A DNA stretch of 59,195 bases from Girardia tigrina (lineage: Eukaryota). The DNA lies in the NCBI GenBank assembly GCA_001938485.1, contig MQRK01234068.1, positions 103,821 through 163,015 of the forward strand, given 5' to 3'. Made by a program: the position numbers and the translations under genes. Position 1 is the first letter of the stretch. Every line of letters begins with the position of its first letter. Shown here in pieces: positions 24,701 through 37,500 of this stretch. Under the pieces are notes generated by a model that had not been told where the DNA came from, ran no database searches, and saw only the letters and a list, made by a program, of their open reading frames with translations.

Positions 24701-24929
24701 TATTTATAGAGTATCTTTTTAGAAAGTTATATAGTAGCCACTTATTTTAAACTTTTTCATCCTTTTTAAATTAAAAATGGTTAAAAAGTTGACAAGTGTC
24801 AATCAAATTTAGCACCCAAAAACTCCAACTTACATGATACACGGGTTAATGATAAAATCATGTTTTTTGGATGTAAAAACCCAACTCGCATAATACGCGA
24901 GATCGCACGATACGCGAGTATATACGTTA
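21750..24929 (-). mobile_element. pogo/Tigger-family transposon interrupted by a LINE
   Basis: ORF 23705-24553 has CENP-B-like HTH (FIASPGWCTRFMNRR) and NMDETP; continues IPGGLTSIVQPLDLSLNKPFK and, after the LINE, MKAPT...FKKCGIS (21904-22180); terminus ...cgcgagtatatacg-TA near 24929; other end approximate. Confidence 0.9.
22191..23529 (-). mobile_element. 5'-truncated RTE-like non-LTR retrotransposon with C-terminal C2H2 fingers
   Basis: LAYADDL and FVYLGS RT motifs, three finger-like motifs; flanked by a 7-bp TSD CTTTCGT (22184-22190 and 23530-23536) inside the pogo ORF. Confidence 0.88.
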
Positions 24930-25147
24930 CTTCAGAAATCAAGGGGATGCTAAAACTGCCTTCAACGATTTAATCGCCTCCATAAAGCCAGACTTTTATG
25001 CAACCAGAATAAATAAACTTGTGCAACGTTGGTAAAAGTGTATTGATGCTAACGGTTTTCATTTCGATTAAAAAAGTTGATTCTACGCTGAGATATTTGT
25101 CTAAGATTAAAGTTGAAAAACAACATTATTTTTTAAACAACCTAATA
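24930..25147 (+). mobile_element. Mariner 3' fragment with right TIR
   Basis: FRNQGDAKTAFNDLIAS...LVQRW*KCIDANGFHFD; TIR ending caacctaa followed by TA. Confidence 0.8.
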
Positions 25148-26264
25148 CTTAATAAATATTAAAATCAAATTTTGAATATTATTTATAGTATTTATTATTG
25201 TCCATTGAATGAATAGATTTTATAATTTAACTTTTATAAAACTTTTTTTTCATTTAATAATATGTATTTCAAAATCAAATTTTATGAAATTTGAATTTTT
25301 TGAACTTACATTGATTTAAAATAATAAATAATTTTAGTTAATTTTTTTTTAAAATGTTATATTAGTTCTATAATTCAGATAAATTAAATCAATTTTGTTT
25401 AAATAATATAATTAATTTTTAATATGATGTTCTTGAAAATATCATTGATATATGTGGTACTTTCTTTTGAACTAAATAAACTGGTAGTACGCTGAATTTT
25501 TAATCAGCTCACTTTACAGTATAATTTAAATTAATTTTAATAATAAAGTAATTGCTTTAATAACTCAAATTATGAATTATTAAGTTAATTACTTATTTTC
25601 AATTATTTAATTTTTATTGAATTCCACAAATTTTAATTTTGATATTCATATAAATTGAATGTTGGAAAAAATACCATTAAGGAAAATTAATCTAATTTTT
25701 GGTCATGTATTTTTTGATTTATATTATTGATTTTACCAAATTAATTTTTGTTAAAGTAGAAATGTATAGTTTATTATTAGTTATATATATTTTGTAAGTA
25801 GCGTTTATGCCACTTTCATTACTATCAAATTCAGAACTCATAATTTAACACCACAATTTATTAATATAACAACAATTCAAATATTTAAACAAACTTTTTT
25901 GTTAATTCAATTATCTCGCCACAATTAATCTATTAAATTCTTTTCGATTCAATTTTTAAAATTTAGCAAATTTTAAACTTTAAATTAATTAATTAATTTT
26001 CACATTAAAACTAAAAATTTATATTAAAATTTATTTAAAATTGTTTCATAACTTCTATTAAAATATATAAATTGTCATGACTGTTAAAAATATTCTTATT
26101 AATAAATAACTTTTTAATATTTAATGGGTTTTTATCATTTTTAATTTTAAGATATTTAATAGATACATTAAAAAACATATTTTCTATTTTTAAATAAGTA
26201 TTTAATTTTTAATGATTTTCTTAATTATATCATTTTTCATTTTAAAATATTTAATAAGCATATC

Positions 26265-27110
26265 AGGGCCTTTTTAAAGAAATTTTCACTTTTACAAACA
26301 ATCTGGAATGGTCATGTGCCGAAATATGGTAACTTTTTATCTTGGATAAAAATAGTTATTTTACCTTGATTTTTATAATGAAATTTCCTATTCCAAACAG
26401 TTTTTTCTATCAAATGTTCTTAGATTAAAAAAATGAAAATATTCATGTCACTTGACCATAATATTTTATGATCAGTTCAACACGAGTTATATTACATAAC
26501 ACTTCAATACATGTTACTTTTAAAAATAGAATTGGCAACAATTGGCAGGTCCCATTTCAATTCATTGCGATCATCATGCGAGAGTTGGCTGTCTCTGCTG
26601 AGGTGCTCGCCCGATTTGCTGAAACGCTCAAGTTGTATAAAGAAATAAGCCTGTCAGGAAGTATACTGTGAAGAGTGAGTGTTACTGAAGACGATTTTAT
26701 TTTCAAAAGTACGCAACTGCAGCGCTGTAGAAAGGTTTTCAACTTCAATTAGGGTAAAGTATTTAATGGCCATTGCTTAACACAGTCATCTGCAAAGCGC
26801 TGAATTTCTTCTGAAAACAAATGTCATGATATATTCACGATATATAAGTGTTTCGAGTTCTGCTGTTTACAAAGAGTTAATATGTCTTGGACAACTTCTT
26901 CTAATTCCACATCAAACCGCTCTCCAAGATAATTCTGTGCTGATTATCCAATTTTGAGGAGCACTACATCATGATTTCTTATAGTTGGACAATTCTTGTT
27001 AACAGCTCTTAAAATAAGTCTCTATTTCCAGGGGCTGTAATTTCTTTTCCTTTACACCAAGATAGGGGGCCCTGGATATAAGGTCTAATTTACGAAGTGC
27101 CTGTGAAAAA
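26265..27110 (-). mobile_element. Very decayed Tc1/mariner-superfamily (DD41D-like) remnant
   Basis: FENKIVFS motif and cagggc-type terminus; many stops; boundaries approximate. Confidence 0.35.
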
Positions 27111-28431
27111 TATTTTAAATGTTTGATGTTTTGTGTTTGAATGCTATATATTGATTTGGAATTGGGTATCTCCTACCCAGATGAATGATTAATATTTGAA
27201 TTCTTATTATCTAAAAATATGTAATGTTTAAATTTATTTTTCCTTTCAAATAATTTTAAAATTTTAAATAAGTTAAATATTTTTTTTTCAATTTTTATTA
27301 AATAAATCAAATTAATATTTTTTAAATAATTAATAATCATTTTAATTTTTATCCAATATGTTTTGAGTAAATATTTTAAAAAAATATTTATTTCTCAATT
27401 TGCTAAAAAATTAGTAGAATTATTTCATTAATCAATTTAGTTTAGCATGCACTCGTACGAAAGCTTTGACAAAGATTGTCTTAAGGACAAAAAACTTTGG
27501 AAGACATTAGTCCCCTATGCCGCACAAAAGCAAAATTGAAACTACGATTTATATTTAAAAATTCGGGACTTTGTCGACATGCATTTGCTTTTCACTTTGT
27601 ATAAAGCTTGTCTTTTGGCTTCATTAAATATTGTTATTCATCATCATTTCTTTCCACAAATGATATTCATTCAAATTTTGTAATTCACCGCTGAAAAATA
27701 TCGTTTTTACTGTAAATAATTTTAATTTTTTCGATTAATGCATGACGTTTTTTTAGAATTGGCAAGTTTTATTTGTGTTTTATATAATATTTACGCAAAA
27801 ACTCATCACGTAGTACTATGAGCATTTAAGGGTACGAAAAAGTCATATCCCTAATATATATATATATATGTATGTCATGAACGAACTCAAAATCTCACTA
27901 ACTGCTATGAAAGTAGGGCAAATTGTTGTTTTTGTCGACTTTTTAAAAACAAGTCATTATTTTTCGTCAAATATTTTTTAAAAATGTATAATTTTTCGCA
28001 TTTTTTGGGTTATTACATTATATAAATTAATAAAATTAAAAGTTGGCTGTTCGGTTTTCAAAATCTGACCCCCATAAATAACTCAACAGATTTACATTAT
28101 AAAAAGACATGAATTATTTTTTTTATTAAAATAAATTGAAAACATTAATGTTTGTGATTAATAAAAGCATTTACATAAAAAGCAATACACCACAAATATG
28201 TTGGTTTTATATTTATATTATTTAAACAGATCCAGACTTCAAATATCACATTTGAGTTAAGAGTTTATTTCAAAAAGTATAAAATTCTAATATAAACAGA
28301 ATTTTCCATTTATAGTTATTATTGGATATGAAAATACAAAATTAATAGTACAAAGAAAAAAATCCTGAATCATGGTAATAAATTTAATGTTTAAGTAGAC
28401 TTATTATGACCACAAAATATTACACAGGGAC

Positions 28432-28545
28432 TCAATCTTCCTGATAGACTGTGTTTCGATAATGGTGTTTCCATCCGTTTTCCATTTCAAAAAATTCCAC
28501 CTGATGTCGACCATAGCTTCGCAGACGTTTACGACGCATAGCAAT
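28432..28545 (-). CDS. Mucin terminal exon: cytoplasmic tail IAMRRKRLRSYGRHQVEFFEMENGWKHHYRNTVYQED*
   Basis: CAG acceptor after a 58-bp intron; basic stop-transfer motif; TGA at 28434-28432; AATAAA downstream near 28265. Confidence 0.85.
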   Translation of the reverse strand: MAMRRKRLRSYGRHQVEFFEMENGWKHHYRNTVYQED

Positions 28546-31500
28546 CTGAAATAAATAATTTATCAATTTTTAAAAATTTATAACAAATAAATATTATAAT
28601 TACAGAGATTATGATAAATATCAAGCAAATGAGCACCACAATGGAGAATATCACAATAAGGACAATACCATAAACTGGAAAGGTTGGACTAGGTGCAGTT
28701 GTCGTCGCGAAATCTAAAAAAATCAAAAATAATTATTAAAATTTTCCTACTCACCTTATTTCATGATTGCAGAACAAAATTGTTTAAAAAAAATTTTACA
28801 AGTATACTTCAAAAAAATTAGTTATATAAGGTTGACCAAAAAGTTCTAATACACCAAAGAAAAAAATACATTTTGTTGCAAATACATTAATATACTTGCA
28901 TAATATTATAAATAATTAATTAAATAATTATTAAATAATTAATAATTAGAAATAATTAATATTTTTAACGACTTGTTTATAGATTATTTATTTTGTATAT
29001 TAGGTTTACAAAATACAAAATGAAAATTGACAAAATGGAGTTTCGCGTTTTGATTTGGTACTACCGGAAGCGCAACTTATCAGCAACTGATGATGTAAAA
29101 GAGATATGTAATGCTACAGGCCAGGAAAAAAACAATCATGCTTCAATTAAAAGGTGGCTCAAACGATTTAAATCTCGTGACGTTAAATCAATCCCGTTAA
29201 AAAAAGATCAGTCCAGTTCCGGCCGATCAGCAACAGTGCACTCCAAAGATATGAATGCCCAATTTTTGAGTAGCAGTCGTGAACTGCCAAAAGAAATGTG
29301 TGTTAAGTCACATCAAACAATATTAAATCACTAAGACCAATTGAATTTTTATCCACAAGAAGCCAAGACTAGATTCGCTTTAGCACAAGCTTTCAAAAGA
29401 CAAAAAATTATCCGTGAATTGATCAATAAACCTTCCGATGATCTTTTTTGCAAAATGATTTTTACATCAAATGAAAAGTGGGTTTACCTTGTCAATCACA
29501 ATCGGGACAGGCTTTTGATTCAGAAGGGGCAATAAACGCCGTAAGTTAAGAAGCATAATCAATTCGTTAAAATGATCGTGATTTGCATCAGGTGGAATCT
29601 TGAAGGAATTGTACATTTCGAATTCGTTCCGAATGGTTACTCCCAGTGCTTTTTTTGTAAAAAAATAGGTGCCGGTACTAGGGTGAGCATATTTCTGTTC
29701 TGCCATTCAGGGATGCTATTTTTGAAGTGGACGAACGAGAGTGCCGAAGGCACCTGAGCGCGAGCGTCGAAGACGCTAAGCTGCTCGCGATTAGGGGTTC
29801 TGGGGCGGAGCCCCAGCCGCCAACGCATTTTCAAAATTTCTATTCATTGCGTTTAAAAACAAGCGTGAACTTATTAATAATAATGACGTCACATTACGCA
29901 CGCGTTTATAAATAATGTGGCTGCGTAAGCTCTTTTCAGGTGACGGATGCGTTTTCAATGTGGATATATAATTTTTGACGGCTAAATAACTTGGTCGGCG
30001 TTAATAACGAACACGACCTAAGTATGAGTTATACGCAGTACGTACTAATCGGTACGATGCGAATATTATATTATACTACGGTAGACCATTTTTTACATTA
30101 GTTTTTTTAATGTGTTTAAGTGTTATAGATGCAATTTTAAAATTTCAAATTCCGATTTATCAAAAAATTATTATTATGAAATATGAATAATATAAAAATT
30201 TAAAAATATACATTAAAACACGAAAAAATTATATTTTTTTATTTTTCATCACTTGAAAAAGGTGCCGGTACGCCTCACTGACGATTCGGAAGATGACTCG
30301 GAGCCTCACTTTTCCAATTCCATTTAATCGACCAATTTTCCTTAAACTCAATTTCAAAATTATGCTTTTTTATACTAACAAGAGGCGCATCAGCCTCTTT
30401 TCTGTCGACAGCCGAATTCGATTCGCCTCGTCTGATCACTGGTGGCTGTGTCTCCGATGCAAACACATTTACCACTGTCGGTTTCGAGTCGATCGATTCT
30501 GAATTAATTATTGATTTGTCGATTCCCTTGTGTTTCGATGTGAATTTACAATCACTATTTTCTGCATTCGATAATAAAATCCAATTTTAATGGACTGTCT
30601 CAATTGTGCCAGTACAAACGAACGATTTGCATTTTACGTTCACCCATTTACCGATAAACGAAGCATATTTATCTGGCATATCGGTTTTCTTACGAAAAGA
30701 TTGAAAATAAAACAATAATGAATCAAAAAATACACAAGTTTTCCATTAAAAAAAGTATATTTAAACAAACTCGATTAATAAAAATTTACAATTTGTTTTC
30801 TCTGAGTTACAATTCCAAAAAAATTTTTAACTTTAATTTTTAAAATCACATCTTATTTACATAATATTTTTTGTAATGTTTTTGATTTATTATTTTTTAA
30901 TTAAGAATCATGTGAACTCAAATCGTCCACTATTTAAAGAAGATTAGCTTCTTCCATTTTTTTATTGATAATTCATAAAGTATCGGAACAAAAATCACCA
31001 AATTTATTCCGATTTCGAATTGGGGGAATTTTTGGTCACTACACCATGTAAATCAGAATAATTTGTACTTGAAAATATGAAAGTTTTGTACTTCAATTTT
31101 ATATAAAGTTTCCTGATTGTCTTAACTCTCCTATTTATTTTGAATTAATGGATAATTTTTAAAACTTAAGATATTAAGCATTACACCAAGATATAGGCAC
31201 CAAAACAGTTTTACACATCGGGGACTGAAAAGAAGAACAAAACAGACCCTCAAACGTATGCTTCGATTAACTCTTTTATTAAAATATTTATATAAATAGA
31301 AATAAAAAAATAATTTTAATTAAACTATATTAAATAATAAAAACATGCTTGAATCCAAGTCGTATATAAGATTTTTAATACCACAGTAATTGGCGAAGAC
31401 GTAACGTACCAAATCGATGATTCTATTGTTCCTTGACAACACAACTCGGGTTATTCTTTGTCTCGTTTCTTCGTTTGGTAATTGAAAGATGACGGATTAT

Positions 31501-34500
31501 CCTTGAACGTTCTATGTTTGATGATTACAATTTTAATATTCGGTAAATTGATAATATATTGTCCGGCAATAGGATACGATTCGACGATTAGATGTCTGAG
31601 TCTCGATTCGATAATACTTCGCTCAGCTAACTTGATAAATAATAAAACGGTTCAAACAACACCACTAATGATAGGATTAAAATTCAGTCCAGGACAGATA
31701 ACTTTAAATTACCAAATTTTTATTCATCGATTTTTATTATCGATATTTTTTTAGTAAATTTATATATATAATTTATTATATATAATTAATTTATTATATA
31801 TAATTTAGAAAGAAGAACTATATAAATTTTCTATGGTTTCTATTATATGGTTTCTGTTAGAAAATTATCGAACTTTGTTGTATACCAAACTATCTATAGT
31901 AAGCTAATAACGCATAGAATTAGAGCCCGCCATGTGTCTTAAAACACTCATATTTATTTAACTATTAGTTTGTTGCAAAAGAAATGCAGATTTTTGATTT
32001 TTTTGTATTTATTTTTTGTATTTTTATTATTTATGTTATACGACTAAACATGTATGATGTTGTGAGTCATTCGAAATCTTAATTTATAGTCTTTCAGATA
32101 TATTTGTCTAAAACTTATTATAATGTTTCTTTTTGTAATAATTTCGATTTTAATTGCAGATGTCGAAACGTGATTTTCGCAACATTTACTTCTACGAGTT
32201 CAAGCTAGGGCTTCATGCAGCTAAAACCGATCGAAACATCAACGAAGTTCGGGGCAAGAAAAGTGTCAACGAATGCAAAGTGCAGCGCTGGTATCAAAAG
32301 TTTTGCTCTAGCAATACCAACCTAGAAGATGTACCTCATAACAGCCGCTCATCGACGAATGATAACGATGAATTGAAGGAGCTAGTGGAAGCCGATACTT
32401 GCAAAATTGTTCGAGAACTCACAAAAGAGCTTAACGTTGATTCCTGAACCGTCACTTGGCACTTGAAGCAAATGGGAAGGTTGAAAAAGCTCAATAAATG
32501 GGTGTCTCACAAATTGAACGAAAGTTTAAAAAAATTGTCGTTTGAGAAGTACTGCCTTGAAATTGACATAATGCATCGCGAGTTCCAACATATGTGCTCG
32601 AGATTGGTCAATATGAAGGGGCCAAATCTCCTCTACGCCAACGCTCGGTCACACATCGCAAAACCGATCCTACAAAAACTAAACGAATTAGGCTGCGCAA
32701 CTCTACCTCATCCACCCTACTCACCGAACCTCTCAATCACCAACTACCATTTTTTCAAGCATCTGGACAACTTTCTCCATGAAAAATGATTCAAAAACCA
32801 AGATGACGTCAAAGACACATTTAACGCTTTCATCGCCTCCAGAACTCAGGACTTCTACACCAGGGCATCAATAAACTTGTTTCTCGTTTGCAAAAATGTA
32901 TTGCTTCTGATGGTTTTTATTTCGATTAATAAAGTTTATTCTGTGCTGAGTTACATTTGTTTAAAGTTTATGTTCAAAAACCTGCATTGCTTTTTCAACA
33001 ACCTAATACAATCTTTAAAACATACTTTAGAAATTAACGTTCTTGTGATAACAAAAAAGCTGCCTGTCTGTTTGTAGTTGGACAAATATAGTATGTCCAG
33101 TGTATTTTTAACATAATACATTTTACTTTCTTTATATAGCTGCCGTGGGGCTGATTGTCAAAATCTAGGGGGGTCTTCAAGCGTCTCAGCCCCCTTCCCA
33201 ATTCCGGCACCTATGCTCCAACATAAGAACATTTAAAGGAGTATTACTATAATCATTAATGTTCTCAAAAGTATAGCATAAAATAATTAAATTGCGAATT
33301 ATATTAAAATTATTTCCACTATTTTGAAGAATTTAAAATGATAAGTAATAAAATTTTTCTTACTTATGTCCCCACCAATGTTACTGATAGCATTTTCAAT
33401 TTGAGTTGAGGGTAGGGAAGATTGTACTGATAAATTTGCAATGATACTCCCCTTTCTAAATTTAAAATATTTTAATAAGTAAATAAAATATAAAAATAAG
33501 CACAATCATTTTTTTCTATTTTATTTTATTTTTAAGTATTATTGTTGTAATTTGCTGGAATTTTAATAGAACAACGATAAATGTAATATTGGTTTTAATA
33601 CGGCGTAGAAAAAACTACAATTTAAGGCAAAATATACAATTTTTCGGAGATTAAAATAAATGTTCATTATTGTTTTTTATAAATGTCTAAAATGATACAT
33701 TTATTAAAAATTATTCCATTATTAAGATAAAAAAATTAAAAATATTTTCAAATTTAGTATTAAATGTCGCTTTACCGCAAGAAACTGTGAACAAGTACAC
33801 AATTTACACGTTAAGATTAAAATGTCTCTAAACTCATAACTAGTAAATCAAAAAAAAATCTTAATTCATCCTTTATGCGGACAGCATTCTTCTTGGTCAA
33901 CAGAATTTTTTTGTAATCTTTTGTAGAAGGGAAAATTACTATTACATTTTTAATCAATTTATTATGTTATGAGTAACTATTAAAAGCTTTTTTAGAAGGG
34001 AAAATTTCATACAAAAAAATTACAACTCCATTTTGCAATTAAATAGTTACTTATAACAGAATAAATTTATTATAAAGCATGGAAGGAAAAAAACCAAAAC
34101 ATTTCTTTTTAATACAGTTTAAACATTTTTGGATAATCGTAAAACGTTTTATTGCAAAAGTATTTTTTTGATTTACTAATTTGATCGAATTTTCACATTA
34201 TCATTTATTTTTTATCATTGAGAATGAGTAAAAGTGCAAAGATTAGAGAAAATTGATTGAGTAAAAATTCTTCAAAAATAGGTTTCTAAATTCCATGGAT
34301 AAATTTGCAATGATACTCCACTTTCTAAATTTAAAATATATTAATAAGTAAATAACATATAAAAATATACACATACCTATAGACGTGGGCACGTTTTAAA
34401 ATTTTCTAAACGTTTAAACGGTCTTCGTTTAGCAAATTAAACGTTTAAAAAACGTGTAAATGATCTCTAATTTCATTGATAGACATGGGTACTTTTATAA

Positions 34501-37500
34501 TTTTTTTAAACTTTAAAACGGTCTTCGTTTAGCAAATTAAACGTTTCTTTATTAAAACAGTATGTATCATATACTTCTTTCCAACAATCTAATTCGCAAA
34601 CTGCGATAGAGGTATCTTCCAACACTCAATCATTACACACACAATCACATACATCAACATGTTTTACTTTTTAATGAAGGACACTGATCATCTCTCCTTG
34701 TGATCATGCATCCTCGTTTTCCTGGTCTTTGTCATATGCCAGTCTATAATCTGTAAACATTACTTGTCTAGAGTTTCCTTCATTTGATCTTGTTTCGAAT
34801 TTTTTGATTGCTGACGAAGTCATGAAGATCTTCACCATCCATCTGTTATTCAAATTCAAAGAAGACAAATGCATTGGTTGGAAAATGTCGAAAGAAAGAA
34901 TCACAATCATAATATGTAGCAACATGACCGACAATAATTTGCTGTTAACTTCAAGTCACTGTACATTAAATTTTTTTATTCGGTATTATTCACGTAATAA
35001 TTTAATTGTTTGCTGTTGTATGAAGTGGTGATACACTAATGCAGTGGTTTCCAACCTGTGAAGCGCACCCCCAGGGGGCACGACACTGTTGCAATGGGGG
35101 TATGCAGCTGTTTCCAAAATATCATTTTTGAATACAACCAAAAAAATCGAATAGGTGTCACAAAAAATGAATCAACAATTTTTTTAAAGGGGGACGTACC
35201 AATTTTTTTAAAAGGGGGCACCGGTACAAAAAGGTTGGAAACCACTGCACAAATTTATAATACAACAAATGAAATTGTAATTTGTTCTTACATGAAACTT
35301 TTCTTAAACTTTTTATAAATCAAAATATGGAAAAACTTATCAATTCATTTTATTATAAATGATTATGGTGATAGTGAGCAAACATATGAAGATGTGGAAC
35401 TGTGCATTCGACAAAATTTTGATGACATGGTTTCTGACGGAATCGTATGACCTTGATGTAACAAGCCTTCGCCGACTGAACGGATAACTGAGTATCGTAG
35501 CGACTACAGTACCAGCATAGGCATACCGAGTAACAGAGTAAATCTATTGACTTGTAATTCTAATTATTGAAAATTCGAAATACGAACTTAAGAAATATAC
35601 ACCCGTTTATAAATTGCTAAACGTTTAAACGTCTTAAAAATCGAAAACGTTTAAACGCGAAATTTGCCCACCTCTAGTCCACGAAAAAGCTAAATAGATT
35701 GGGACAATGTGTTCTTTACCAATTAATAGGCCTAAGGCAAACTGATTGAAGTTTCAAAAAAAGTATAACTCATGTTGTGAGTTTTGAAATACAAACTTAA
35801 TATTATACGCTCGTTGAGAAATCGCTAAACGTTTAAACGTTCTAAAAAACGAAAACGTTTAAACGGTCGTTTAAACGCTAAACGTTCCCACCTCTACATA
35901 CCTACATACCTATTTATAGAAAGTAAGCTAATAAAAAGAATGGAAAAATGTGTTAATCGTTTTAATACAAAGGACAAATCATATAAATGTCAGTAATCAT
36001 AATCTTCATTGGTTGTTAATCATAATCGGTCGTTGGTTGCTTAACTTCGGAGATCGGACGAGATCCGACGTACCCAACTGCGGCCATTGACTACTTATTA
36101 TTTATGTTTATTAAAAAATAGTAATCTTATAAAACATCTGTCCAATAAAAATGGTACTTACATTTCGTTCTTTGTGTTTAATGAGTTGTCGAAATAACCA
36201 TTTTTCTTGGTTATTTTTTAAGTTTTAACATGAAAGGCAAAGATTCAATAGAGTCCAATTAAACAGTTAATAATAAAAGCGTTATTAAATCAAGTGTCTT
36301 ATTCGTCTTCGTAGTAATACAACACTGAACTATGGTATTCAGATAGAACTAACTCAATCGATGCAGCAAGAACTACTTTGATAATAACACTATTTTATCA
36401 GATAAAAATATTTTTGCAAAACTTTTAACATTTTTTATGAAAAGAAATGTGAAATTATTAATTAAAATTAATTAAATTTGACCAACATTCTATTTTAAAA
36501 TTTGTAAAATCCTAATTATTAAATAAAAATATCAAAAATGTAATAATACTCACCATTGATATAAAACTATAAATCTAATGTGTGTATGGCATATTGAATT
36601 TAATCAATTTCAATAATATTTATTTTTCGTTTAGGGTATTATGATATTTTAATATATTATATATATTATATTAATATAAAATATTCATAATTTATTAGTA
36701 GATCTTTTTATGCTGTTATTATTCAGGAACTCTGATGGAACAGTTTTGTTCCAATTTTGAGACATTAAACAATTTTTTTGATCAAATTTTCACATTATCA
36801 TTTATTGTCATCGAGAATGAGTAAATATGGAAAGTTTGGAGAATAAGTTTGAATAAAAAGCCTTGAAAAATAGGTTTCTAAATTTAGTCCATTCATTATC
36901 AATAATAAAGTTTAAACATTTATGGATAATCGCAAAACGTTTTTGTGCAAATTTTTTTTTGATTTATTACTTTGATCAAAGTTTTGCATTATCATTTATT
37001 GTCATCGAACATGAGTAAATGTGCAAAGTTTGAAGAAAATTGATTGAGTAAAAAGCTTTCAAAAATAGGTTTCTAAATTCCGTATATATATATATATATA
37101 TCATACCAAAATTTTACATACCAAAAGGGTACATAATTTAAAAGAAGTTACGCTTATTATTTAAATATTATGTTTTTATTCTAATTAACAATATTAAGGT
37201 TTTAATGACTTACGATAGTGAGTAAATGGCTATTAATTCAGAACCTATATTAAGTTGTTGAGCCAATCTAGTTCGGATATCAGTAGTCTTCATCTTGAAA
37301 TCGTCACTGTTAGGATTGGAATATGTGTCTTTCCATTCTTCGTTTGCAAAACGAACGTTATAATTTCTAAATACCCCAGGAGTCGTTGTTCTAGTAATTG
37401 AATCTAAAATACATCAGTAACTTTTTATTAGAAATTTAATTTGTTTAAAAAAATAAACTGAATGAAGTTGATAAAAAGTTTTCATTTCATTTTAATAATA

